The notes: generated from the sequence alone by a model not told the origin. DNA of 64,000 nt from Chthoniobacterales bacterium (GCA_038207335.1 JBBQZX010000022.1:1-64000); one strand, 5' to 3'. Shown: positions 39,019 through 49,045, counted from the first letter of the stretch. Program-made: numbers and translations.

Positions 39019-40746
39019 ATGAAAAAGAGCCTCCTCTCCCTCTTGGCTGCGGCTTGCGCTGTCTGCCCCATCCTCCTGACCGCCGCGCCGACGGCTGCAC
39101 GGCCCAACGTTGTCGTCATCATGACCGATGACATGGGCTTTTCGGATATCGGCTGCTACGGCGGCGAGATCAAGACGCCGAATATCGACAAGCTCGCAGC
39201 AGGAGGCGTGAAGTTTTCGCAGTTCTATAACTGTGGCAAATGCGAGCCGAGCCGCGCGTCGCTCATCTCCGGGCACCAATGGTGGACGCACGATCCGAAT
39301 GTCGCCATCCGCAAGGACAGTCCAAACGTCGGCGAAGTCATGCACACGGCAGGCTATCGCACGATGATGGTCGGCAAGTGGCATTGCGATGGGGTGCCCT
39401 TCCAGCGCGGGTTCGATCGGCACTTTGGCTTCATGGGTGGGGGCACGGATTCCTTTCTCGGCGACGATTCATTCACGCTCGATGGCAAGCCCTGGCCGGT
39501 GCCGAAGCAGGACTTTTACGCCACCACTGCGCTGAGCGATTACGCGGTGAAATTCCTCCGCGAGGAGAAGCAGGCGTACCCTGAGCAGCCGTTCTTCATG
39601 TATCTCGCCTATAATGCGCCGCACGCGCCGATCGAAGCGCCGGCGGCGGAGGTCGCAAAGTATCGCGGCAAGTATCTCCAAGGCTGGGATGTTATTCGCA
39701 GGGCGCGCTTTGAGAAACAGCAGCAGCTAGGTCTCGCCGGGCCGGGCTGGCACCTGCCGGAGCGCCCGGAGAATGTTCCCGCGTGGGATACCTTGGATGC
39801 GAAGACGAAAGACTTCGAGGACCTGCGCATGGCGACCTATGCGGCGATGGTGGATTGCGTGGATCAGGGAGTCGGTCGCGTGATGCAGACGCTCGATGAG
39901 CTAAAGATTCGCGACAACACGCTGGTCATTTTCATGAACGACAATGGCGCGAGCCCTAACGACCGAGTGAGGCGCGGGGAATTCGGAACCGCAGGCACCA
40001 CATGGAACGTCGGTGTGGCGTGGGCGAATGTTTCCAATACACCTTTCAAGTATTACAAGCGCACGCAGCACAGCGGCGGCGTGACCACACCGTTCATCGC
40101 GCAGTGGCCGGCGGCGTTCCAGCCTCGCGAGAAATTCGAGGATCAGCCGTGCCACATCACTGACATCCTGCCCACGCTCATCGACGTGGCGGGCGGCACT
40201 TACCCCGCGGACTTTGGCGGCAAACAGCATCCACCGCTGCCGGGGCGGTCCTTTGCGGCGATCATGAAAAGCGGGGAGCAACTGCCCGCACGCACGCTGA
40301 ACTTCTCGCTTTTCAACAACATGGCGCTCATCGACGGCGGCTGGAAAATCGTGACCGCCTACAGCGAGCCGTGGCAGCTCTACGACCTGACCAATGACCG
40401 CACGGAGACGCACGATCTCGCCACCGAACGCCCGGAGAAACTCGCTGAGCTGTTGGCGTTGCAGAAGACCTTTGAGGCGCGCTCCGATGTCCGGCTTCGG
40501 CTCGGTCCCGGCGAACGTGTGCCGGAGTATGCATCACCATTCCGCCCCGACGGCACAAAGGGCCCAGGCGCGCGGGAGGATGTGTCGGACCCAGCGTATT
40601 CGCTCCTGCTGGTGAAGGCTCGGTCGGAGGGACGGCAGCTCACGGACGAGGAAATGGCGAAGCTCAAGCAGCAGGCAGATGCCAAAGGTAGTCCCCCTGA
40701 AGGTGCTTCTGCGAAGCCGAAAAGAAGGAAGAAGACCGCAGAGTGA
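39019..40746 (+). CDS. Arylsulfatase
   Basis: PNVVVIMTDD, CEPSRASLISG, GKWH, APH, DNG, LYDL..D.TE. Confidence 0.93.
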   Translation: MKKSLLSLLAAACAVCPILLTAAPTAARPNVVVIMTDDMGFSDIGCYGGEIKTPNIDKLAAGGVKFSQFYNCGKCEPSRASLISGHQWWTHDPNVAIRKDSPNVGEVMHTAGYRTMMVGKWHCDGVPFQRGFDRHFGFMGGGTDSFLGDDSFTLDGKPWPVPKQDFYATTALSDYAVKFLREEKQAYPEQPFFMYLAYNAPHAPIEAPAAEVAKYRGKYLQGWDVIRRARFEKQQQLGLAGPGWHLPERPENVPAWDTLDAKTKDFEDLRMATYAAMVDCVDQGVGRVMQTLDELKIRDNTLVIFMNDNGASPNDRVRRGEFGTAGTTWNVGVAWANVSNTPFKYYKRTQHSGGVTTPFIAQWPAAFQPREKFEDQPCHITDILPTLIDVAGGTYPADFGGKQHPPLPGRSFAAIMKSGEQLPARTLNFSLFNNMALIDGGWKIVTAYSEPWQLYDLTNDRTETHDLATERPEKLAELLALQKTFEARSDVRLRLGPGERVPEYASPFRPDGTKGPGAREDVSDPAYSLLLVKARSEGRQLTDEEMAKLKQQADAKGSPPEGASAKPKRRKKTAE

Positions 40747-40788
40747 GCCGCGCTGTTTTCCATCCCAACAATTTCCCGAACCACCCAC

Positions 40789-41583
40789 ATGAAAATACGC
40801 TTCTTCCTCTACGCATTGGTCCTCGCTGTCTCAGCACCGATTTCTTCCATCCGGGGGGCGGACTTTGCCCCGATTTTCAATGGACGCGACCTCACCGGTT
40901 GGCGCGGGCTTGACGGGCTTTGGCGGGTCGAGGAAGGCGCGATCGTCGGTGAGACGACAAAGGAAAAGCCGATCACCGAAAACACGTTTCTCGTGTGGCA
41001 GGGCGGCGATGTGGCGGACTTCGAGTTCGTCGCGCAGGCGCGGTTCAAGGGAGCGAATTCCGGCGTGCAGTATCGCAGCGCGGTGATCGACGCGGAGAAG
41101 TTCGTGCTCTCCGGCTATCAACTCGACATGCACCCGAGCCCGAATTTTTACGGGATGCTCTATGGCGAGAAATATGGGACGCGGGGGAAGATCGCGACGC
41201 GCGGACAGCGTGTCGAAGTGGGTGCGGATGGGAAGGTGACGAAGCTCGGCGAGGTCGGAGACAAGACGAAGTTCACCGACTGGGAGTGGAACACGGTGCG
41301 CATCGTCGCGGTCGGCGGCCGGCTGATTCATCAGGTGAATGGCATCACGACGATCGACGTGACGGATCACGACCCGACAGCGATGGCGGCGGGTGTGCTC
41401 GGGCTGCAACTGCACAAGGGCGGGCCGATGCGCGTGGAGTTCAAGGATCTGAAAATGCGCGCGCTCGATGCCGGGCAGGGCGCGGAGGTGCTGAAGGAAT
41501 TTGCCGGTGCCTCCGCAGCTCCCGCATCCGATGGGGGCAAGGAGGAAGCGCCCGCGCCGAAGCCGAAACGGAAGGCGAAATAG
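40789..41583 (+). CDS. DUF1080 (3-keto-disaccharide hydrolase-like) secreted protein
   Basis: IFNGRDLTGW, NSGVQYRS, GYQ.D, EWN, GLQLH, FKDL. Confidence 0.88.
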   Translation: MKIRFFLYALVLAVSAPISSIRGADFAPIFNGRDLTGWRGLDGLWRVEEGAIVGETTKEKPITENTFLVWQGGDVADFEFVAQARFKGANSGVQYRSAVIDAEKFVLSGYQLDMHPSPNFYGMLYGEKYGTRGKIATRGQRVEVGADGKVTKLGEVGDKTKFTDWEWNTVRIVAVGGRLIHQVNGITTIDVTDHDPTAMAAGVLGLQLHKGGPMRVEFKDLKMRALDAGQGAEVLKEFAGASAAPASDGGKEEAPAPKPKRKAK

Positions 41584-41664
41584 TCCGCAGATGCAGAGGA
41601 CGGCGACCATCTTTTCGTGATGGCGGGCATTCATACGCCGCTGCCGACCGCGCAGCTCCCGCCC

Positions 41665-42333
41665 TCAGCCCGGGATCGTCGCGTGGAAAATCCCGCTCCA
41701 CGGCCCAGGCTGGTTATTCTTCCCGATCCAGCGAAAGGCTAGAAACACCGTCTTTCCGATATCCGTCACCTGATAATCCGCGCGATACGGCATCCGGCTC
41801 TCCATAGCCAGAAAGGCCATCGTCTCCGGGTCCACCGGCTCCGTGCCGCCGATTTGCTCGCGGATTTCCACACAGCGCGCGTTCGCGGGCTTTGCCAGGG
41901 TATCCGGCGTCGGGCTATTGGCCACGAAGAGGCGCAGGATCGTGCGCGTCGAGGTATCCACCTTTGCCAGAGTCGGCGTCGTATCCGGCGTCGTGCTCGG
42001 CGTATGCGTTCCCTTTGGGATCGTCACATGCGCCGCCGCCCGGTCGGCGTCCGTCATTAGCGGATTCTTCTGGATCACGCCGGCAGCCTCGCGGATCAGC
42101 TTCTCGAAGTCTGTGCGCTTCGTATCCTTATCCTGCGTCGCCGAGCGGAATGCCGCCTTTGCGTTATTGAAGCCGATAAACGAATAGACCCACGCGGTCG
42201 AGGTGGCGTTGAGCGCCGCTATCTGTGCCGGGGAAAGCCCGCGAGTGGGGCCGGTGCTATTGACCCACGCTACGAAGGCAACGGCAAAGTCGGCAAAAAG
42301 GTCGTCGTTGGGGGGGATGAAGTCTTGAGACAT
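41665..42333 (-). CDS. Hypothetical protein, helical N-terminus with beta-sandwich (FN3/Ig-like) C-terminus
   Basis: 222-aa ORF; DFIP start, amphipathic helices, Pro/Thr linker, C-terminal RW...GPWS. Confidence 0.7.
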   Translation of the reverse strand: MSQDFIPPNDDLFADFAVAFVAWVNSTGPTRGLSPAQIAALNATSTAWVYSFIGFNNAKAAFRSATQDKDTKRTDFEKLIREAAGVIQKNPLMTDADRAAAHVTIPKGTHTPSTTPDTTPTLAKVDTSTRTILRLFVANSPTPDTLAKPANARCVEIREQIGGTEPVDPETMAFLAMESRMPYRADYQVTDIGKTVFLAFRWIGKNNQPGPWSGIFHATIPG

Positions 42334-42454
42334 GATAGGGGTATGTTTGGGGTTGGTTGAAGGTCGGAGCCCAACAGCAATTTCGCCTTTTGCAAACCCT
42401 AATTCTACATTTCCACACGCATCGCCGCCCTCCCCTGCGGCGCATTGGCAAACG

Positions 42455-42601
42455 GCAAAGATCCGTTCTTTGCCACCAAAGACTCATTCTTCGCCTCCAA
42501 AGAGCCAATCTCCGCTTTCAAAGACTCCACCGCTGCTCTCGAAGACTCCACCGCTGCTTTCAAAGACTCCACCGCTGCTCTCAAAGAATTCGTTTTTGCC
42601 C
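42455..42601. repeat. 21-bp tandem repeat array (about 7 units, 3 near-identical)
   Basis: tcaaagactccaccgctgctc-type units at 42518, 42539 and 42560; degenerate units at 42455, 42476, 42497 and 42581. Confidence 0.85.
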
Positions 42602-42722
42602 GGTGAAAATGCTGGGCTGCGGAAGAAGTCGCACGAGAGCTCCAACGGCGTTCCATCCACCAGCCCACGGTTGGCGCGCCGCAGACGCGCCTGCACTGGG
42701 ACCTGTACAGCGGGAAGCCCCT

Positions 42723-42848
42723 ACCCTGAAAGGGTTGCATCCCCCACGGAGATGCAACCCCTTCAGGGTTGTCTCACATGGTGGCGTCCCCCCCGGGGTA
42801 GCTCCTGCGTCGCAACCCCGGGCTGCAAGATGAAACGCCGTTGGCGTT
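42723..42848. repeat. Composite REP-like palindromic element
   Basis: 19-bp IR accctgaaagggttgcatc/gatgcaaccccttcagggt (1 mismatch), 8-bp IR cccggggt/accccggg, and aacgcc-gtt-ggcgtt. Confidence 0.75.
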
Positions 42849-42897
42849 CTTCACAGACTGACCGCTGACACTTTGGCGCGAGCTTTTACACGGACTC

Positions 42898-43650
42898 TCA
42901 CACCGCAGATGTCACTTCCGGGCTGTCCGCTGCCGGTCGCCACTCGGGGTTGAAATCCAGCGCCTTCTGCACCCGCGCGCCCCAGGAAGAATCCACCCCC
43001 ACATGCTGCACCAGCGAGGGCTCATGCACCCAGATCGGAGTCGGCGCGAGCGAATATCGCGACCCCCGCAACTCCGGCGACGCCCCCGGCACCGAAAGCG
43101 CCAGCGGACCCCCGAAAATCAACGCCAGCCGCTGCGATACCGCGCCGCGCACCGAACCCCACCGCTCCATCGCCCACCGTGCCCCGCCCCGCCGCAGCAA
43201 GAGCGCCTGCGCCCCCAGAAAAGCCCCCGGCAACGCCGCAAAAGCCCGTGGTATCAACCCCCAATCCGGCACCCACCGCAGCGAGGGATTGAAAAGCGAG
43301 GCCATCATGCAGCGCTCATCCTCCAGTGCCGGCCAGCTCGCCACCAGCTCGCGCAGCAGGGGGTGAAACTCCAGGTCATCCTCCAGAAAGAGCATCCAAT
43401 CCTCATCGCTGCCCGGCTCATTCAACGCCGCAATGACGTTTTTGCCAAAAACGGTCGTCAACCGATCCATCCGACCCGGAGTGCCCCACTGCTCGCCCGG
43501 CATCTCCGGAAATCTATCCACTTTCACGGAAATATAGTCCGGCCACCCCAGCGCCCGCCAGCGCTCCACGGTATCCACCATCATCGGCTCTCGGCTGGGG
43601 CAGGTCATCATGTGGACTTTGGGGAGTTTGTTCATCATTATTTTGTGCAC
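42898..43650 (-). CDS. Hypothetical GT-A-like glycosyltransferase
   Basis: MLFLEDD, GAQALL, PSLVQHVG motifs; G-rich coding strand; start uncertain. Confidence 0.5.
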   Translation of the reverse strand: MHKIMMNKLPKVHMMTCPSREPMMVDTVERWRALGWPDYISVKVDRFPEMPGEQWGTPGRMDRLTTVFGKNVIAALNEPGSDEDWMLFLEDDLEFHPLLRELVASWPALEDERCMMASLFNPSLRWVPDWGLIPRAFAALPGAFLGAQALLLRRGGARWAMERWGSVRGAVSQRLALIFGGPLALSVPGASPELRGSRYSLAPTPIWVHEPSLVQHVGVDSSWGARVQKALDFNPEWRPAADSPEVTSAV

Positions 43651-43830
43651 CTACCACTACGGCTGGCTGATTTTCCAAGTAAAAATGCGCTTTTCCCGCC
43701 TCGTCCCCCCTTTCTCCCGCACTCACTCTTCTCTGAAAGAGCCCCATTCTTCGCCCTCCCGCATCCATTCTCCGATACGATGCTCAGCATTCCCCCCGAA
43801 CGCCGCAGAGCCCCCGAGCCACTGGGGAAA

Positions 43831-44073
43831 TTATTTCTTGGCCGCGACATTGCTCGTGTCCTTCGCGACTGCACTCGGCTTTTTGACCGTCTCGGATTCC
43901 TCCGCGTGGACGGCCGGCTCTTTGATCGGTCCGAGGTGCTCCCTGCCTCCGGCAGCCCGCTTTTTATCGCTGGCGGCCTTCCCCATTTTGCGCGGCGCCT
44001 TGATGATCCGCTTTTGCGCACGGAAGAGTTCTTTGAGTTGGGTGTAGAGGTCTTTGAGGGTTTTGCGTTGCAT
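43831..44073 (-). pseudogene. Internally deleted DUF892/YciF ferritin-like gene remnant
   Basis: TLKDLY.QLKELF.AQKRIIKA..KM.KAAS.....EHL joined directly to a C-terminal-like EESET.KK...A. Confidence 0.55.
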
Positions 44074-44295
44074 TGCATACAGCAATTGGATCTCGCTGCC
44101 CGCGAGGCCGTCAGGGAGCCACCGGATCGAATTGTCAGGAACGCCTCGATCGAGCTGCCAATGCCAGGAGCGCTCCCTTTTCCCAGCGCGCTGTGGAAGG
44201 CAGCGTGAAAAATGTCCGAATCACGGTCGCCCCGTGCTGTTAGAAGTCAACGTCTGGTCTTGCTCCTTTTGAGTCCGCGCGTTCCACCTACCCCT

Positions 44296-45915
44296 ATGTC
44301 CATGAAACTTGTCTCTGCCATTCTTGCCCTTGCCGCCCTCCTGAGCGTCGCGTCGTCCGCGGCCGACAAGCCGAACATCATCGTCATCCTCGTCGATGAC
44401 ATGGGCTTTTCCGACATCGGCTGCTACGGCTCGGAAATCCCCACGCCCAATATCGACGCGCTGGCAGGGGACGGGTTGCGCTTTACGCAATTCTACAACA
44501 CGGGTCGCTGCTGCCCCACGCGCGCTTCGCTGCTCACCGGGCTCTATTCGCACCAGACCGGCATCGGCCACATGACTGAGGACCAGGGCGAGCCCGGCTA
44601 TCTCGGCCACCTCAATGACAATTGCGCGACCATCGCCGAGGTGCTGAAACCGGCGGGCTATTTCACCGCGATGTCGGGCAAGTGGCACGTCGGACAGGAG
44701 GCGGGGGTGACGCCGTGGGGCAGGGGATTCGAGCGCAGCCTGAATGCGCCGGCGGGCGGCTTCTACCAAGCGGGCACGCCGAGGTCGAAGCTGTTCCTCA
44801 ATGGTGAAGCTCTCGCGAACGACGACGCGCGGCTGCCGAAGGACTGGTACACCACCGACCTGTGGACGACGTATGGGCTGAAATTCATCGACGAGGCGCG
44901 GGAGGCGAAGAAGCCGTTTTTCCTCTACCTTGCGCACAACGCGCCGCACTTCCCGCTCCAGGCTCCGGCGGAGGAAATCGCGAAATTCCGCGGCAAATAC
45001 AAGGAGGGCTGGGACAAGATGCGCGTGCAGCGCAATGCGAAGCAGATCGAACTCGGGCTCGTGGACAAAGCCTGGCCGATCGCGCCGCGGCCCAATGGCG
45101 TCGCGGCGTGGGACAGCCTGACGGATGAGGAGAAGGACCGCTTCGATCACCTCATGGCCGTCTATTCCGCAGTGGTCTGGCACATGGACAAAGCCATCGG
45201 CGATCTCGTCGCCGGGCTGAAAGAGCGAGGTGTGCTCGACAACACGCTCATCCTTTTCATGAGCGACAATGGCGGCAACGCAGAGTCCGGGCCGAAGGGG
45301 AAAACCATCGGTGATCCGACGACGGCCGGCTCGAGTTGGTTCTGCGGCGAAAGCTGGGCTCTGCTGGAAAACACGCCCTTCCGCCGCTACAAACACTTCA
45401 ACCACGAGGGCGGCATCGCCACTCCGCTGATCGTGCACTGGCCGGCGGGGATCGCGGCGAAAAATGAATTCCGTCAGCAGCCCGCGCATCTCATCGACAT
45501 CATGGCGACGTGCGTCGATCTCGGCGGCGCGACTTACCCGAAGGAACTCAACGGCAAGCCGATCACGCCGATGGAAGGTCGCAGCCTGGCTCCCGCCTTT
45601 GCCAACCAGCCGATCGAGCGCGACGCCCTCTATTGGGAACACGAGGGCAACGCCGCGGTGCGCGTCGGCGATATGAAACTCGTGCGTGCCGGAAGAAACA
45701 GCGCGTGGGAACTCTACGACCTGAAAGCCGACCGCACCGAGCAACACGACCTCGCCACCGCGCAGCCCGATCGCGCTGCAGAACTTGCCGCAAAATGGGA
45801 GGCGTGGGCGAAGCGCGCGCAGGTGCTGCATCATCCCGACAAAGGCGGAGGTAGAAATGCGAAGCGGCAGGCCCGGCAGAAAGCCACCGCCAATGCGCCC
45901 GCGGTGAAGCCATGA
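44296..45915 (+). CDS. Arylsulfatase
   Basis: PNIIVILVDD, CCPTRASLLTG, GKWH, APH, SDNG, EGG, WEHEGN. Confidence 0.94.
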   Translation: MSMKLVSAILALAALLSVASSAADKPNIIVILVDDMGFSDIGCYGSEIPTPNIDALAGDGLRFTQFYNTGRCCPTRASLLTGLYSHQTGIGHMTEDQGEPGYLGHLNDNCATIAEVLKPAGYFTAMSGKWHVGQEAGVTPWGRGFERSLNAPAGGFYQAGTPRSKLFLNGEALANDDARLPKDWYTTDLWTTYGLKFIDEAREAKKPFFLYLAHNAPHFPLQAPAEEIAKFRGKYKEGWDKMRVQRNAKQIELGLVDKAWPIAPRPNGVAAWDSLTDEEKDRFDHLMAVYSAVVWHMDKAIGDLVAGLKERGVLDNTLILFMSDNGGNAESGPKGKTIGDPTTAGSSWFCGESWALLENTPFRRYKHFNHEGGIATPLIVHWPAGIAAKNEFRQQPAHLIDIMATCVDLGGATYPKELNGKPITPMEGRSLAPAFANQPIERDALYWEHEGNAAVRVGDMKLVRAGRNSAWELYDLKADRTEQHDLATAQPDRAAELAAKWEAWAKRAQVLHHPDKGGGRNAKRQARQKATANAPAVKP

Positions 45916-45966
45916 GAATCGCCTCGCGCTTTGATCGTCACTTTCACACACACCAAAACGCATCCC

Positions 45967-47349
45967 ATGAAACAGCTCCCTCACTTCCTCCTCGCGATCT
46001 GCGCCCTGACCGGCGCCGCATCTGCCGCGGATGCGCCACGGCCGAACATCGTCTATCTCCTCGTCGATGATCTGGGCTTCGCGGATGTCGGCTTCAATGG
46101 CAGCAAGGACATCCGCACGCCGCAGATCGACAAGCTCGCGAAGGAGGGCGCGATCCTCGCCGACTTCTACGTGCAGCCCGTGTGCTCGCCGACCCGCGCG
46201 GCGCTGCTGACCGGACATTACGCCACCCACACGGGCGTCTATTCGATCGTGCGGCCGGGTGCGCCGTGGGGGCTGCCGCTCGCGGAGCGCACGCTTCCGC
46301 AATCTTTGCGCGAGGCCGGCTACACGACGGCGATCTGTGGAAAGTGGCACCTTGGTGAGTTCAAGCCGGACTACACGCCGACGCATCGCGGCTTCGAGCA
46401 CCAATACGGCCACATGTTCGGCGCGATCGACTACTTCACCCACATGCGCGACGGGAAACCCGACTGGTATCGCGACGACAAGCCGCTGAAAGAGGAGGGC
46501 TACTCGACGAATCTCATCGCGAAGGAGGCGTGCCGCATCATCCGCGAGCAGCCCGCGGACAAGCCGCTCTTTCTCTACGTCCCGTTCAACGGCGTCCACG
46601 GTCCGCATCAGGTCCCCGAGAGTTACAAGAAGGCCTATCCCGATCTCAGCGGCGTGCGGCAGACGATGGCGGGAATGGTCTCCGCCGTGGATGAAGCCAT
46701 CGGCCAGATTTCGGCCGCGCTCGATGAGAAAGGTCTGAGCAAAAACACGCTCATCATTTTCTCCAGCGACAACGGCGGTCCCAACCCCGGCAAGGTGACC
46801 ATGAACACGCCGCTGCGCGCGGGAAAGGGCACGATCTATGAGGGCGGGATGCGTGTGTGTGCCTTCGCGACTTGGCCGGGGAAAATCCCCGCCGGCATCA
46901 CGATCAAGGAACCGATGCACGCGGTGGACTGGCAGCCCACTTTCCTGAAACTCGCGGGTGTCACCGCGGAGCAAAAGCTCCCGTCCGACGGGCTCGATGT
47001 GTGGCCGGTGCTTGCGCAGGGCGCGAAGTCGCCGCACGACGCGATCCTCCTCATGGGCACGACTCCGGGACGTGCGGCCATCCGGATGGGCGACTGGAAA
47101 CTGCTCACGAACGCGAGCGAGAAGGACGCGGAGGAATCGGAGGACGGCGACCTGAAAGCCAGGGGCAATGTGGAGCTCTACAATCTTGCGGACGACATCA
47201 GCGAGAAGACGAACCTCGCCGCTTCAAACCCGGAAAAGGTAAAGGAACTGCGCGCGCGACTGGATGTGTTTCTGAAGGGCGCGGTGCCACCCGGCGGTGG
47301 CCCTGCGGCCAAGGGCGCGCTGCGGAAGCGCAGGGCTGCCGGGAACTAG
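45967..47349 (+). CDS. Arylsulfatase (ARSB-like)
   Basis: PNIVYLLVDD, CSPTRAALLTG, GKWHLG, SDNGG, YEGG.RV. Confidence 0.94.
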   Translation: MKQLPHFLLAICALTGAASAADAPRPNIVYLLVDDLGFADVGFNGSKDIRTPQIDKLAKEGAILADFYVQPVCSPTRAALLTGHYATHTGVYSIVRPGAPWGLPLAERTLPQSLREAGYTTAICGKWHLGEFKPDYTPTHRGFEHQYGHMFGAIDYFTHMRDGKPDWYRDDKPLKEEGYSTNLIAKEACRIIREQPADKPLFLYVPFNGVHGPHQVPESYKKAYPDLSGVRQTMAGMVSAVDEAIGQISAALDEKGLSKNTLIIFSSDNGGPNPGKVTMNTPLRAGKGTIYEGGMRVCAFATWPGKIPAGITIKEPMHAVDWQPTFLKLAGVTAEQKLPSDGLDVWPVLAQGAKSPHDAILLMGTTPGRAAIRMGDWKLLTNASEKDAEESEDGDLKARGNVELYNLADDISEKTNLAASNPEKVKELRARLDVFLKGAVPPGGGPAAKGALRKRRAAGN

Positions 47350-47679
47350 AGCAGGATTGCGTCCCGCCACCTTTGGCCGGTCGCGCAGCCTGGCACCGTT
47401 CACTTTCCCGCGCGTTCCTTTGCGGTCAGTCTCTGGATGCGGATGCGAAGCCAACTGCCGCACCTTCCTGCGGCGCCGTCCAGACCTGCACCGGTCCCGG
47501 TCGGCCCGCGCGTCCCGGATCGGAGGCTCAATGTCAAGCGGGGCTCGTGCGACGGCAGTGGGTGACGGTCTGAGGAGTGACGCCGCAGGTCAGGCGAAGA
47601 TAGGAAACACGGTTGGGGCGAAAAGGTGAGGGTAAGGTGCCGCGACGGAAGCTGGTGAAGCCTGAGCGGGGCAGTTGCC

Positions 47680-47700
47680 GCGGGCTCAGACGCCCGCTAC
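47680..47700 (-). repeat. Single GTAG-type REP-like hairpin
   Basis: Minus strand reads gta-gcgggc-gtctga-gcccgc. Confidence 0.45.
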
Positions 47701-47716
47701 AACTCACATTCCCCCG

Positions 47717-49045
47717 ATGAGATTCCTCTTCCCACTGCTCCTCCTCGCACTCGGCCTGCCCGCAGCGGCTGCAGAACAAAAGCCGAACATTCTCTGGCTG
47801 ATCGCCGAGGACATGTCGCCGGATGCCGTCGCGTGTTACGGCGGCACGCAGGTCTGGACGCCGAATATCGACGGGCTCGCGCGCGATGGCGTCCGCTATA
47901 CACGCGCTTTCACCACCGCGCCGGTCTGCTCGCCGAGCCGCTCGGCTTTTATGACCGGCATGTACCAGAATGCCATCGGCGCGCAGGATCACCGCTCGAA
48001 CCGCAAGGGGGAGAATCCGCTGCCCGCTGGCGTCCGCGTGCTGACCGAGTGGATGCGCGATGCGGGCTACTTCACCGCGAATCTGGTGCAGATGCCGGGG
48101 AGCTTTCACTTCAAGGGCACGGGCAAGACCGACTGGAATTTCACCCCGCCCGCGAAGCCCTTCGACTCCGCGAAATGGAACGACCTCGCCGGGCATCAGC
48201 CGTTTTTCGCGCAGATCAATTTTCACGAGACGCATCGCAAATTTAACGGCCCGGAGAAGGCCGACCCGGCAAAGGTCGCGCTGCCGCCCTACTACCCCGA
48301 TCATCCCGTCGCCCGCGCCGACTGGGCGCGCTATCTGGATGCCGCGAGCGAGCTGGATCGCAAGATCGGACTGATCCTCGCGCAGCTCGAAAAGGACGGG
48401 CTCGCCGAGAATACCATCGTGATGTTCTTCGGCGATCACGGTGAGGCGCATGTCCGCGGGAAGCAGTTCTGCTACGAGGAAGGGCTGAGCATTCCGCTCA
48501 TTATCCGGTGGCCGAAAGGGGCGCCCGCGCCGTCGCAGATCGCGCCGGGCAAGGTTGATGAGCGTTTCATTGAGGCGATCGACTTCGCGCCGACGATGCT
48601 CGCTTTCGCCGGGGCGAAAAAGCCCGACAAGATGCAGGGCCGCATCTTCCTCGGCGAGCAGGCGGAGGCCCCGCGCGCGATGGTTTTCGGCGCTCGCGAC
48701 CGCTGCGACGAGACGGTGATGCGCATCCGCTCGGTGCGTGACGCGCGCTACCGCTACATTCGCAACTTCATGCCCGAGGTGCCCTTCCTTGCCCCGAACA
48801 AATACAAGGAAGACGAATACCCCGTCTGGAACCTCCTCAAACAACTCCACGCTGAGGGCAAGCTCACGCCCGTGCAGGATTTTCTCTGCCAGCCCCAACG
48901 CCCCGCCGAAGAACTCTACGACCTCGAAAGCGATCCTTACGAAATCAACAACCTCGCAGCCGACCAGGCGCACGCCGATCCCCTCGCGAGCCTGCGTGCC
49001 GCGCTCGCGCAGTGGATGGCGAAAACGCTCGGGGAGAAGAAGTGA
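47717..49045 (+). CDS. Sulfatase (sulfamidase-like)
   Basis: PNILWLIAED, CSPSRSAFMTG, GKTD, GDHG, ARDRCDE, ELYDL..DP.E. Confidence 0.92.
   Translation: MRFLFPLLLLALGLPAAAAEQKPNILWLIAEDMSPDAVACYGGTQVWTPNIDGLARDGVRYTRAFTTAPVCSPSRSAFMTGMYQNAIGAQDHRSNRKGENPLPAGVRVLTEWMRDAGYFTANLVQMPGSFHFKGTGKTDWNFTPPAKPFDSAKWNDLAGHQPFFAQINFHETHRKFNGPEKADPAKVALPPYYPDHPVARADWARYLDAASELDRKIGLILAQLEKDGLAENTIVMFFGDHGEAHVRGKQFCYEEGLSIPLIIRWPKGAPAPSQIAPGKVDERFIEAIDFAPTMLAFAGAKKPDKMQGRIFLGEQAEAPRAMVFGARDRCDETVMRIRSVRDARYRYIRNFMPEVPFLAPNKYKEDEYPVWNLLKQLHAEGKLTPVQDFLCQPQRPAEELYDLESDPYEINNLAADQAHADPLASLRAALAQWMAKTLGEKK

Noticed and set aside
42455..42601. CRISPR array interpretation of the 21-bp repeats
   Set aside because: The units are contiguous with no unique spacers, and no cas genes are in the window.
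44221..47037. 938-aa minus-strand ORF and other long antisense ORFs (for example 8340-9770, 47534-48973, 59079-60674)
   Set aside because: They mirror well-supported genes on the opposite strand and have no recognisable motifs. This is expected from high-GC codon bias.
47346..47680. IS or MITE beginning at ctagagcaggatt
   Set aside because: It resembles an IS end, but I found no matching inverted end, target duplication or transposase fragment.
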